DNA of 64,000 bases from a candidate division FCPU426 bacterium (GCA_963771075.1 CAVYSE010000007.1:160001-224000); one strand, 5' to 3'; positions 40,399 through 49,605 are shown, counted from the stretch's first letter. The notes: generated from the sequence alone by a model not told the origin. Program-made: numbers and translations.

Positions 40399-42159
40399 CT
40401 ATTTCCAGTTAATGACCAATACATCGTAATACTTCAGGTTTTTCACCTTCATGACTAATTGGCCGTTGGAAAAGGAAAAATCAACCTTTTGCTTTTTTGG
40501 GATATCCGGTGAAACCATTTCAACCGATGCCGGATCGGCCGGGGCGGCCAAAGTGACGGTGAAATCGGACTTAGGTAATATCCGCTTGTCGTAATTGTGG
40601 TTGATGAGGTGCAAGAGCGACCTTTTCCGCCCGGTTTGGTCCATGAGGTTGGTTTCGATTTGGCCGGCGTTGACGATCGCGCCGGTATGGGTGTCGGTAG
40701 TCTCCTTAACTAAATAAAGATCACGGTTTTCCTTATAGAACTGGGCGTACCGGGCGAGAAAATCCATCACGCCCGACTTGGTCGCGCTCGGCTCCATGTC
40801 GTAACAGACCCGCAGGTGGAAGGCGTAAAACAACCCGCAAGCGTAGGCTTCCGGCGCGTAGATCTGCCAGAAATCCTCCTTCTCATTCCTCGGCAAGGCG
40901 TAATAACGGCTGATGAAAGTCGTCGGCCAGTCAAGGAACAACACCAGGGGCACATGGCCCGCCACGGCCTGGTTGCGCTGGTAGAGCGACTTGAAGATCT
41001 TTTTCAACGATCGGGAGCCATCCAGGTGGCCGTCCCCTGTTACGGGCATGTAGTCCGCTTCCTTGCCCCCGTCGTCGTCACGGTTGTAGTTCCAGAGCCC
41101 AAACTCGTTGAAGTCCACGTAGGGGAAGAGGCCGTTGGCCGTCACCAGGATTTCCTTATGATACTTTTCCCGCGCGTACCGGCGCGTTTCCACGACCATT
41201 TGCTTCCAATACACCCGGAAGGCCTTGTCGAGGAAATCCGGGTCGTCCAGGCTCAGGCGCGAGGAGGCGGGGAAGGCCCCCCATTCCGCCGCCAGCGGGT
41301 TCGCGGAGCAATTCTTCCCGCCCCAGCCCCTGTTCCTCGGGTCCGTGGCCCAGTCGTGTGCCTGCAGGTATTTGCGGTAATTGAAATTGCGTTTCAGGTC
41401 GCTGGCTCTCACGCCGCGTTTAATCACGTTGTCCCGGGTCATCTGGAACTTTTTGATCCAGTCCGCCTCGCGGTACCGGGGGTACTTCTCCATCAGGTAC
41501 CGGTTGAAGTCGGCGATGAAATAGTCGTCAAACCCCTCGTTCGCGTTGAAGTGGTATTTGGCGTTGCCGTAATAGCCGTCCGCGTCCATCTCATCCACCA
41601 CGATGCCGTCCGCCCCCAGGTCGATCTGCATGCGGATCTTTTGCATCAAATGTTCCTGGTAATTCGGGTTCGCGACCGAGGCCCTTCGCATGTTTTTGCA
41701 GGCGAAGTTGTCGCACTCCAGGTGCGTGACGGGGTTCCCCTCCGCGTCCAATGTGGACCAGTCCTGGAATTCCTTGTCACCCGCCGCGTCGCTGGCGTAT
41801 ATCGCGGACCCGTTCAGGCCGCCCATGAAGAGGATGTGCTTTTCATGGCATTTGTTCAAAAAGCCCAGGTTGTACCGGGAGGCCGGCGTATTGTCCGTCC
41901 AACCGGCGTGCCAGCCGCGCATGACCAGGTCCGGCACGAGTTTTTCGTAAACCTGCGGGTCGTCCTCATCGGGACCGTCATGGGAAAAACCGTATACGAC
42001 GACATTGCTCATATCAAAATGGCCGGACGCGTCCCCAGTATCGTCAAATAGTGTTTTTGGGGGGGAGGATTTCCCATCGGCGGATTGCGCGAATAGGCCA
42101 ACCGCGAAGACCGGCATCAAGAGGACGCAACAAACCAGCGCGAATATATTATTTCTCAT
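40399..42159 (-). CDS. Secreted hypothetical protein, glycoside-hydrolase-like (predicted TIM barrel plus beta-sandwich)
   Basis: Signal peptide; GADGIVVDE motif; C-terminal LLHLINHNY; visibly GC-richer than flanks. Confidence 0.6.
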   Translation of the reverse strand: MRNNIFALVCCVLLMPVFAVGLFAQSADGKSSPPKTLFDDTGDASGHFDMSNVVVYGFSHDGPDEDDPQVYEKLVPDLVMRGWHAGWTDNTPASRYNLGFLNKCHEKHILFMGGLNGSAIYASDAAGDKEFQDWSTLDAEGNPVTHLECDNFACKNMRRASVANPNYQEHLMQKIRMQIDLGADGIVVDEMDADGYYGNAKYHFNANEGFDDYFIADFNRYLMEKYPRYREADWIKKFQMTRDNVIKRGVRASDLKRNFNYRKYLQAHDWATDPRNRGWGGKNCSANPLAAEWGAFPASSRLSLDDPDFLDKAFRVYWKQMVVETRRYAREKYHKEILVTANGLFPYVDFNEFGLWNYNRDDDGGKEADYMPVTGDGHLDGSRSLKKIFKSLYQRNQAVAGHVPLVLFLDWPTTFISRYYALPRNEKEDFWQIYAPEAYACGLFYAFHLRVCYDMEPSATKSGVMDFLARYAQFYKENRDLYLVKETTDTHTGAIVNAGQIETNLMDQTGRKRSLLHLINHNYDKRILPKSDFTVTLAAPADPASVEMVSPDIPKKQKVDFSFSNGQLVMKVKNLKYYDVLVINWK

Positions 42160-42337
42160 GAATACCTCGCAAAATTCGACTATTTATTAGACGGCAGGAA
42201 TCAGAAAGTGTCGTGAACGAAGGAAGTTCCCGCGAGCAAATAGGTGCCTGGCCAATATTATCCCTTTCCCCTGTCAAACCCAGTTTCCCGCCTTGGTTAA
42301 CTCAAAAATATTTAATGGGGGCCTGACCCCGAATTCG

Positions 42338-43945
42338 CTAGAGCCCATAGGCCAGGCCCACCACCAAGGCGATTCCCACCACGCCCTGGGCTATTTTCTT
42401 GGCGGGCTTGCCCACCACCTCCCCCAAGAGCCTCAGGGTGGCGTTCAAGGCCTTTTTCAGGTGTCGCCCAACCCAGCCGATGGACTTCTTGGCCGGGGGC
42501 CAGGTTGTATGCCAAGTCCAATGCAAGATCCGGCCAAAGAAGGCCGCCACCAAGAACAGCTTTTCCCAGAGGGTGAGGTCTTGCCTCGCTTTGATCTTGG
42601 CCCGGATGGCCTTGATCCAGGGGATGCCAGCCATGGTGCCCCAAAACACCGACTGGTCGTCGCTCTCAAGGCGACGGCCATGACCTGTCTGTGCCGATAC
42701 CATAGAGGTATCGGTGCGAGACTCACCAGGTTCTGTTTTAGATCCTGGATGGATTGTTTCTGCCGTATCGGATGGGGCTGTTTCCCCCGGCAATGGTTCG
42801 GACGGTTGGACCCCCTCGACTTTGGGGGAAGTGATTGGGGTTGGGTTGGGTTTTTCAGAATTGACAGGGGGGTGAGCTGATCGGGCACCTGGGTCCGTCT
42901 GGGTGGATTGTGTACCCATACCTTGTTTGGGTTTGGGTACACCCACGGCATGTCCCTCACCTTGCGGGTTTGGAACAGGGGCTTTTAAGGCCTTTATGAA
43001 CACCGCTACCTTCTGGGGGGTGTAATCCTCAGGCCGGTAACCGGCCTTAATCCAATTGATGTAGTTCTTGACCTGGGATTCAGTCATCTGTTCATCAATA
43101 GCCATCTGGAGGGCCTGGTAAACCTTGTCTTGGGTTTCGGAGGGGATGGGGGGGTAGGGCCATAATTTGGGAGGTTCGAGACCCTCGGCTAGGGCTTTTT
43201 GTCTTGCCCCCGGTTTATTGGTAGATTCAGGACCTAAACCGCCCAATCGAGAGAAAGCAATTTCTGAATTTCCCTTATTTTTAGTGGCCGTATTACGGCC
43301 AATCAAATTCCTCGATTTTTCGCTTAAAAGTGGTAATAACCCCAGAGCCCGACTTATCTTTTCACGGTCAAAACCTAAACGATCCTTAATGCGCCTCGTT
43401 GTTGCGTACGGATTGGCCCGGATCAGGTTTTCGATGGCCTGGTAGTCGGCAAACCAGCCCTTATCTACCTTCTCGTTATCCTTGTGGGTGTAAACCGCCG
43501 CGTCTTCATCGTTTAGGACCTTAATTACGCCCCTAATTGTCGGCCATTCAAGTTTCTCGGCCCCAAGGGTACGCAGATGCCCCCCCAAGATCTCAAAGTT
43601 GAAGTCATCCAGCTTCCAGGGCCTAATCACCTGGACCGAAGCCTCAAGCTGAGGTCCACTCTTTAGTTGAGCCGGTTCAATAGGTAAACCGGCAACCCCG
43701 AGGCTGGGGTCCGTAGGATGAAGCTGAACCCCATTCACCAGGGGCTGGGTGGGGTGGGGGCGGACCGTTATGGCATTCAAAAGGCCGTTTTCTTTCAGGT
43801 CCTCCGCCATCTTATCGATCTGTTCTTGGGTAAAGGCGGGCCCTGGATTGTAGGGGTTAGGCTTGATGTTTTTGAGGGGAATTGGTTGTTCGCCAGGGAA
43901 CAACTCAGGCAAAAGAGCTAATACATCTTCGATAGAAACGGACAC
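42338..43945 (-). CDS. ParB/Srx N-terminal domain protein with HTH, Pro-rich linker and C-terminal hydrophobic segments
   Basis: IKPNPYNP, ENGLLNAITVR, ILGGHLR, DN helix, HTH-like TTRRIKDRLGFDREKISRAL; AGGAG RBS before GTG. Confidence 0.75.
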   Translation of the reverse strand: MSVSIEDVLALLPELFPGEQPIPLKNIKPNPYNPGPAFTQEQIDKMAEDLKENGLLNAITVRPHPTQPLVNGVQLHPTDPSLGVAGLPIEPAQLKSGPQLEASVQVIRPWKLDDFNFEILGGHLRTLGAEKLEWPTIRGVIKVLNDEDAAVYTHKDNEKVDKGWFADYQAIENLIRANPYATTRRIKDRLGFDREKISRALGLLPLLSEKSRNLIGRNTATKNKGNSEIAFSRLGGLGPESTNKPGARQKALAEGLEPPKLWPYPPIPSETQDKVYQALQMAIDEQMTESQVKNYINWIKAGYRPEDYTPQKVAVFIKALKAPVPNPQGEGHAVGVPKPKQGMGTQSTQTDPGARSAHPPVNSEKPNPTPITSPKVEGVQPSEPLPGETAPSDTAETIHPGSKTEPGESRTDTSMVSAQTGHGRRLESDDQSVFWGTMAGIPWIKAIRAKIKARQDLTLWEKLFLVAAFFGRILHWTWHTTWPPAKKSIGWVGRHLKKALNATLRLLGEVVGKPAKKIAQGVVGIALVVGLAYGL

Positions 43946-43962
43946 AGGGGACTCCTAATACC

Positions 43963-44040
43963 AGTCGATAGCCCGCAGTCCGCAGTCGACAGCCAGCCTT
44001 TAAGGCCTAACTGCCGACCGTCGACTGTCGACCGCCGACT
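43963..44040. repeat. Heptamer (AGTCGAC-like) repeats arranged as an inverted pair
   Basis: Left agtcgat-agcccgc-agtccgc-agtcgac; right arm reverse complement agtcggc-ggtcgac-agtcgac-ggtcggc. Confidence 0.6.
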
Positions 44041-44510
44041 TATGGGATTCTCCCCTGGGTTGAAAATAAATCGATCCCATTTTTGAATCAATTGGAAAAA
44101 CGTCTGAAAGCGAATTTTTGGGTGGGGAACAGGCCTAAAGTGTCAAAATCGGTCAATAATGTTGCGGTTTTTCTGCCGTTTATGGTCTGCGAACTGTCTC
44201 CTGCCTCGAACCTTCAAGGTGAGAGGCGTGGTTTGGTGATCCCAATTGCCATGAGCTATTGGGGCGAACTGTAAACTGATTTCCTGAAGGGCGCCAGGGA
44301 GATTCCAGGAGTACGATGATCAATGACTCCAGGGGAATGAACGGCTTAAAGTGTTGAATGTTGGCCAGGCGCCTTTTTTCTTCTTCGGCCGTGGGGAACC
44401 GGATAGCGATAATAAAGAAGCGGATGGAGGGAGAGACGCGGTTCAAGGCCCGGATAGATAATATAAAATAAAGACCTGACCCCAATGTTCTTGGTATTTT
44501 AGAAAGTTAT

Positions 44511-44582
44511 CTTTTAATAACGTTATTGATTATTAAAGGTTGAGTCGCTATCCTTTAATAACGAATCGGCTTATTAAAGGAT
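44511..44582. promoter_or_regulatory. Two tandem operator-like palindromes upstream of the Fic gene
   Basis: cttttaataa-N9-ttattaaagg (44511-44539) and cctttaataa-N9-ttattaaagg (44552-44580). Confidence 0.7.
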
Positions 44583-44592
44583 GGGTTTAAGG

Positions 44593-46101
44593 ATGAAAAG
44601 AAGCACCGGGTATTACGAAACATGCAGTACGGCGGGTGAAAGCTTCAAGGCTTTCATTCCATCGCCCCTTCCCCCCACCCCCCCTCTTGAGTGGACCCCC
44701 AAGCTCCATAGTCTCATGGAAAAGGCAAACCAAGCCGTAGGTCGATTGGATGGCTTGAGCCATTCATTACCTGATGTATCGATTTTTCTATATTCCTACA
44801 TTCGAAAGGAGGCCATCCTTTCCAGCCAGATCGAAGGTACACAATCCTCATTTTCGGATCTTCTTAAGTTTGAGGACAAAGAAACCCCCGGAGTTCCCTT
44901 GGATGATGTTCAAGAGGTTTCCAACTACGTCGCGGCCATGAATCATGGATTGAAAAGATTAAAGGACGGGTTTCCCCTGTCCCTACGCTTGATAAAAGAG
45001 ATTCATGAAATCCTTCTGACCAAAGGCAGGGGTAGCACAAAGATGCCCGGTGAATTTCGCCGGTCCCAAAATTGGGTCGGCGGTAGCCGCCCAGGAAACG
45101 CTTCTTATGTTCCTCCCCCTCCCAATGCAGTGCTAGCCTGTTTAGGGGACTTGGAAAAATTCCTGCATCAGCCCAAAGAGAGCGTGCCCGTATTGGTAAA
45201 AGCGGCACTCAGTCATGTCCAATTTGAAACAATCCATCCCTTTTTAGATGGAAACGGAAGGTTAGGTCGTTTACTCATCACCCTCTTGTTATGTGTCGAA
45301 GAGGTTTTGACAGAGCCTATCCTATATCTCAGTCTTTACTTCAAGACCCATCGAACCGAGTACTACGAAAGGCTCAGCGCGGTTCGGGCTAAAGGAGATT
45401 GGGAAGGTTGGTTGGAATTTTTCCTAAAGGGGGTTTCAGATACGGCTGAAACGGCCTCGGAAAGCGCACGACAAATCCTTCGGTTATTTGACAAGGACCA
45501 AGCCTCGATTGCAAAGTTAGGGCGAGCGTCAGAGTCCGCATTACGAGTGCATCATTTCATGCGGAAAAGACCGCTTGTCTCAATTGCGACAATAGCAGAA
45601 GGTTTAAAAATGACATTCCCTACCGTAAACACTTCATTAAAGCATCTTGTTAACCTGGACATTGTCGAAGAATCGACCGGCAGGAAGAGAAGCCGACTTT
45701 TTACATACACAGCTTTTCTTGAAATATTGAACAAAGGGACCGAACCAATTCTCTTTTCCGATTTTGGAAATATTCAAACAAAGCTTGAACCTGTCTTTTT
45801 CCATTTAGGAAAAAGGTTTAAATCGATGAAGTTTCCAATTTCAAAGCAAGATTATCGTTGGCACATCGACAGCATGAGCGACACTTTAGTACTCTGGGTC
45901 GATCAAAAGAATGGTTTGCAAACTTCTAAACAACCAATTGAAATTGAATATAGTTTTTTGATGGATGGAGGGTTTCTGACAGAAAACGGAATTTATCTAA
46001 AAGGAATTGAAGTGGCTTTCGACCGTTGGATTCCGCTCATAAAAGCATTTAAAAACAAAAAAATAACTTCGTCTTCAAAACCAAAGAAAAAAAATGCCTA
46101 A
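44593..46101 (+). CDS. Fic family protein (DUF4172-Fic-HTH type) with extra C-terminal region
   Basis: EAILSSQIEGT, PGEFRRSQNWVG, HPFLDGNGRLGR Fic motif, wHTH ending TGRKRSRLF. Confidence 0.92.
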   Translation: MKRSTGYYETCSTAGESFKAFIPSPLPPTPPLEWTPKLHSLMEKANQAVGRLDGLSHSLPDVSIFLYSYIRKEAILSSQIEGTQSSFSDLLKFEDKETPGVPLDDVQEVSNYVAAMNHGLKRLKDGFPLSLRLIKEIHEILLTKGRGSTKMPGEFRRSQNWVGGSRPGNASYVPPPPNAVLACLGDLEKFLHQPKESVPVLVKAALSHVQFETIHPFLDGNGRLGRLLITLLLCVEEVLTEPILYLSLYFKTHRTEYYERLSAVRAKGDWEGWLEFFLKGVSDTAETASESARQILRLFDKDQASIAKLGRASESALRVHHFMRKRPLVSIATIAEGLKMTFPTVNTSLKHLVNLDIVEESTGRKRSRLFTYTAFLEILNKGTEPILFSDFGNIQTKLEPVFFHLGKRFKSMKFPISKQDYRWHIDSMSDTLVLWVDQKNGLQTSKQPIEIEYSFLMDGGFLTENGIYLKGIEVAFDRWIPLIKAFKNKKITSSSKPKKKNA

Positions 46102-47264
46102 TTATGATTTTAAATCCCTCTCAGACTACGAATTTGAGTTATTGGTCAGAGACCTTCTTCAGGAATATTTAAAGTTACCATTAGAAAACTTTACTCGCGG
46201 GCGCGATAAAGGAATCGATCTAAGATACAGTCGAAATAAGAAAAACAACATAATAGTCCAATGCAAACATTACAGTAGCTTTCCAAAATTAATTCATCAT
46301 CTTAAAAAAGAAGAAATTGATAAAGTCCGATTGTTAAATCCCGGACGTTATATCTTCGCAACCTCTTTAGGTTTAACCCCGTCAAACAAAGATGACATAG
46401 CGAATATTTTTCATCCCTACATTAAAAACTTTGATGATATTTTGGGCAACTCAGCATTAAATAAATTGTTGGGAATGTATTCCGATGTTGAAGAAAATAA
46501 TTTTAAACTTTGGCTTACTAGTAAAGCGGTTCTGGATAGAGTTCTAAAAAGTGATATTTTCGACAGAAGTAATATTGAAATAGAAAAAATTAAAACCAAA
46601 TTAAAACTCTACGTTCCCAATAAAAGTCTTCCCAAAGCCCAAAAAATACTTAAAAAATATCATTATTGCATTATTGCGGGCTTACCCGGAATTGGCAAAA
46701 CCACCTTGGCTCAAATCTTACTTATCAAATATTTGAAAAAAAAGTACAAGGTTGTAAAAGTATCCAAAAATATTGATCAAGCTTGGTCGGTCGTTAATTC
46801 TTCGGAAAAAATTATTTTTTATTACGATGATTTCCTCGGAACTTCTATCTTGGAAAATAAATTGAGCAAAAACGAGGATCGCGGGATTCTTGATCTAATC
46901 GATCACGTGAAAAGATCCAAAAACAAAAGATTTCTTCTCACCACAAGAGAATACATACTCAGTCGTTCAAAAGAGATTTACGAGAGTTTTGCCAATTCGG
47001 ATTTTGATAATAATAAATGTATTGTCGACCTGAGTGACTACACTTATTTCATTAGAGCAAATATATTTTATAACCACATTCTTTTTTCTAATGTTCCTGC
47101 GGAATTCAAAAAGTCAATTTTGAAGAATGATAATTATTTAAAAGTTATTAAGCATGAGAATTACAACCCTCGAATAATTGAATGGGTTACTGATTTTGAT
47201 CGGATAAAAAAAATTCCCGGAATAAACCCTAACAATTACTTCGAAAATGTGATGCATACTTTAT

Positions 47265-47824
47265 CAAAACTGCCAGAAAACCCCAGGCTTTTAAGCCTGG
47301 GGATGAATGGCTGCCCGGAGGGCCGACTGATTTTGTCGGTCCGCAGGCCAGGGGTTATGGCATGCTCTGGTGATGGGAAACTATTGGACTGGAGCACATA
47401 CCAAGCACCGACTGTTGTATCACTTGGTTTGGATACCCAAGTATAGGAAACGAATTCTACTGGGCAAAGTGGTTGTTCGCTTAGACGAACTATTTCGTGA
47501 AGCAGCCCACGTCAACCGGTGGGTAATTCGTGAGTTGAATATTCAACGGGACCATGTCCATATGCTGATTCAAGTTGAACCAAGGGTGAGCGTGGCAAAA
47601 GTAGTACAAGTTTTGAAAGGTGGGACGAGTATCAAAATAAGGCGGGAGTTTCCAGAACTGGAAGAGTTTTTGTGGGGTGATAGTTTTTGGGCGGACGGCT
47701 ACTTTGCGGAAAGTATTGGGACGGTGCAAGAAGAAATGATTCGTAAGTATATCCGCGAGCAACAGCGTGACCAGAGTATGCCGAAGGGCAGAAACCCCGG
47801 GCTTTAGCCCGGGGAGAGCTTCAT
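47265..47824 (+). mobile_element. IS200/IS605-family element, TnpA only, 560 bp
   Basis: Left hairpin ccccaggc-ttttaa-gcctgggg after target TTAT; right hairpin ccccgggc-ttta-gcccgggg, ending at TCAT; no target-site duplication. Confidence 0.9.
47373..47807 (+). CDS. tnpA: IS200/IS605 Y1 transposase TnpA
   Basis: YHLVWIPKYRK, DHVH (HUH), LKG, FWADGYF, KYIREQ catalytic Tyr. Confidence 0.95.
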   Translation: MGNYWTGAHTKHRLLYHLVWIPKYRKRILLGKVVVRLDELFREAAHVNRWVIRELNIQRDHVHMLIQVEPRVSVAKVVQVLKGGTSIKIRREFPELEEFLWGDSFWADGYFAESIGTVQEEMIRKYIREQQRDQSMPKGRNPGL

Positions 47825-48997
47825 TGCATCCCCATGAAATTTGGAAACATCCTTTTGAGCAAATTTCCAGGGCTTCCAGAAATTTATTAATAACCTTGAC
47901 CACACTGCCCACTGAAGTTTATTTGGAAGATTTAGAAAATGCATTTTCCAAGTTCCATTTCAATCAGTCAAAAAAACATAGTTTTTCTACTTCCGATGAA
48001 GACTTTAATAAATCCCTCAAAGAACTTGAGGGTAATTTTATTAAAACATCAAAATATGATTCGGGAATAGTTGTTAAATTTTTTAATCCTTCTATCAATG
48101 ATTTTTTGGATAACTTTATAATTAGTCATAAAGCAACATATCTTTCATTGCTTGAGTCGTCTTTATTTTTTGAACAGATTGAAAAATTAATTTCTCTTTC
48201 TTTCACAAAAAACCCCTCCCTTTTCATTTATATCCAGACAACTTTCAACGCTTTCATCGGCGCAATAAATGAAACCATATTTTCAAAAGGTTGCAGATTG
48301 ATAAACGTTCGTTATTACAATAACAAAATGGATCTCAGACGCTATTCCGAGCCCTTAGAAGGAAGGTTGCTTTTCTTGTTACGTATGTTGCATGAAAAAA
48401 TAAACAGAGAGAATACAGAGCTATATTTATCTAATTTTCAAGAATGGACATGGAAATTAGTCGATGGTATTTCTATCGAAAAATATTCCAGACCAATATT
48501 AATTGGTCTGCTTAATTACATAAATAAAATTAAATTCGACTCCAAATTGAAGGATATTCTTTTTTACGAATCCAAAAAATATTTAAAACGTTTGGTCAAA
48601 GAAAGTCCTGAGATTGAATACTTTGAATTATTTTCTGAATTTGAAAAGAATTTTCCGGAGTACTTATCTCAAGAAGAACGCAAAGAATTGATTGGCAATT
48701 TTGAATCTTATTATGAACTAAATATTGAAAATTGGTTGCAAGGGGATAGCAGCGATCAAATGATGGATACCGCATCTAACTTGGAAAAAATAACAGAAAA
48801 TTTAAAAGTCACCCCGGACTATAGAATATCCGCTTTGGAAGAAGCGGCAGAAAAGATTATGAACGAAACATCCGAAGTGGAAGAAGAAAATGTTTCTATT
48901 TCAAAAGAGGCCGTTTCAAAAATAGAAGACGACGAAAAAATTAAAAATCTCTTCGACACATTAAATCTTCCTTCCTCAAAATAAGAGAAAAGATCAT

Positions 48998-49249
48998 ATG
49001 TCTAAAAAATCAAAACCAAATCCCAAAAATCTCGTTATAACCTATGCCAACCTCTGCCAAAGATTAACCTCTATCAATTCCCTACTTCCCGACCTAGAGA
49101 AGGTAATGCCTAAACTAAGGGAATACTTCAAGTGGACCAGGGAAAACTATAACCAAATGGACGCAGAAGCCAAGCGGACGGTCGGCGCGATTCCCCATTT
49201 GGAAGTGGAACTTTGGGTAGCCAAAATCTTTAATGAAAATATTAAATAA
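48998..49249 (+). CDS. Hypothetical protein
   Basis: 83-aa ORF starting 13 bp after the nSTAND3 stop; no family recognised. Confidence 0.45.
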   Translation: MSKKSKPNPKNLVITYANLCQRLTSINSLLPDLEKVMPKLREYFKWTRENYNQMDAEAKRTVGAIPHLEVELWVAKIFNENIK

Positions 49250-49260
49250 GCACCGAAGTC

Positions 49261-49605
49261 CTACTTAACCCGCATCAATGTCGAATGCTCCACAATCCAC
49301 TCATCCAACAACTGCTTAGGTATTAGGATCATGCGCCGCTTGTTTTCACTTTTAACCACCAGTTTGACGGCGGGAAAGTGGGTTTCCGGTTGGGTGTGTA
49401 TCCAGTCATAAACGGTTGAGGCAGGAATGCCGTATAGCCTTTCAATGTCGTTTGGGCGAAGAAGTATTGGGTTTTCACCCCGCAGTCCAAAAACAACATC
49501 ATGCGAAACAGGCTTTTCCCCAAATGGGAGGGTGTAAGTTGCCTGAATGGGTACATCTTCCGGGATTGAATTAGTAGTTCCTTTTTTCAAATGGATTCCT
49601 TTCAA
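49261..49605 (-). CDS. Excisionase/AlpA-like helix-turn-helix protein
   Basis: LLRPNDIERLYGIPASTVYDWI...FPAVK...LIPKQLLDEWI. Confidence 0.7.
   Translation of the reverse strand: MKGIHLKKGTTNSIPEDVPIQATYTLPFGEKPVSHDVVFGLRGENPILLRPNDIERLYGIPASTVYDWIHTQPETHFPAVKLVVKSENKRRMILIPKQLLDEWIVEHSTLMRVK

Larger units (their letters stand above)
46094..48984 (+). pseudogene. Mrr-like restriction endonuclease fused to nSTAND3-type NTPase, interrupted by IS200/IS605 at 47265-47824; 776 aa when reconstructed
   Basis: EFELLVRDL...D.GIDL...QCKHY nuclease; GLPGIGKTT Walker A; YYDDFLG Walker B; LTTREYIL; NPRIIE; frame restored after IS removal (...VMHTL-LHPHEIW...). Confidence 0.85.

Noticed and set aside
40816..42051. 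411-aa plus-strand ORF
   Set aside because: Antisense shadow of the GC-rich 40399-42159 gene, which has a signal peptide and RBS.
44180..44485. 101-aa minus-strand ORF
   Set aside because: No recognisable motif, and its start lies within the REP-like motif; possibly a remnant, but unsupported.
47265..47446. C-terminal tail of ORF 46094..47446 and N-terminus of ORF 47767..48984 as parts of two separate genes
   Set aside because: Both segments are read-through into IS ends; the two ORFs are one interrupted gene.
47808..48984. TnpB/IscB nuclease downstream of tnpA
   Set aside because: The right-end hairpin follows tnpA immediately, and the downstream ORF has no RuvC or Zn-finger motifs.
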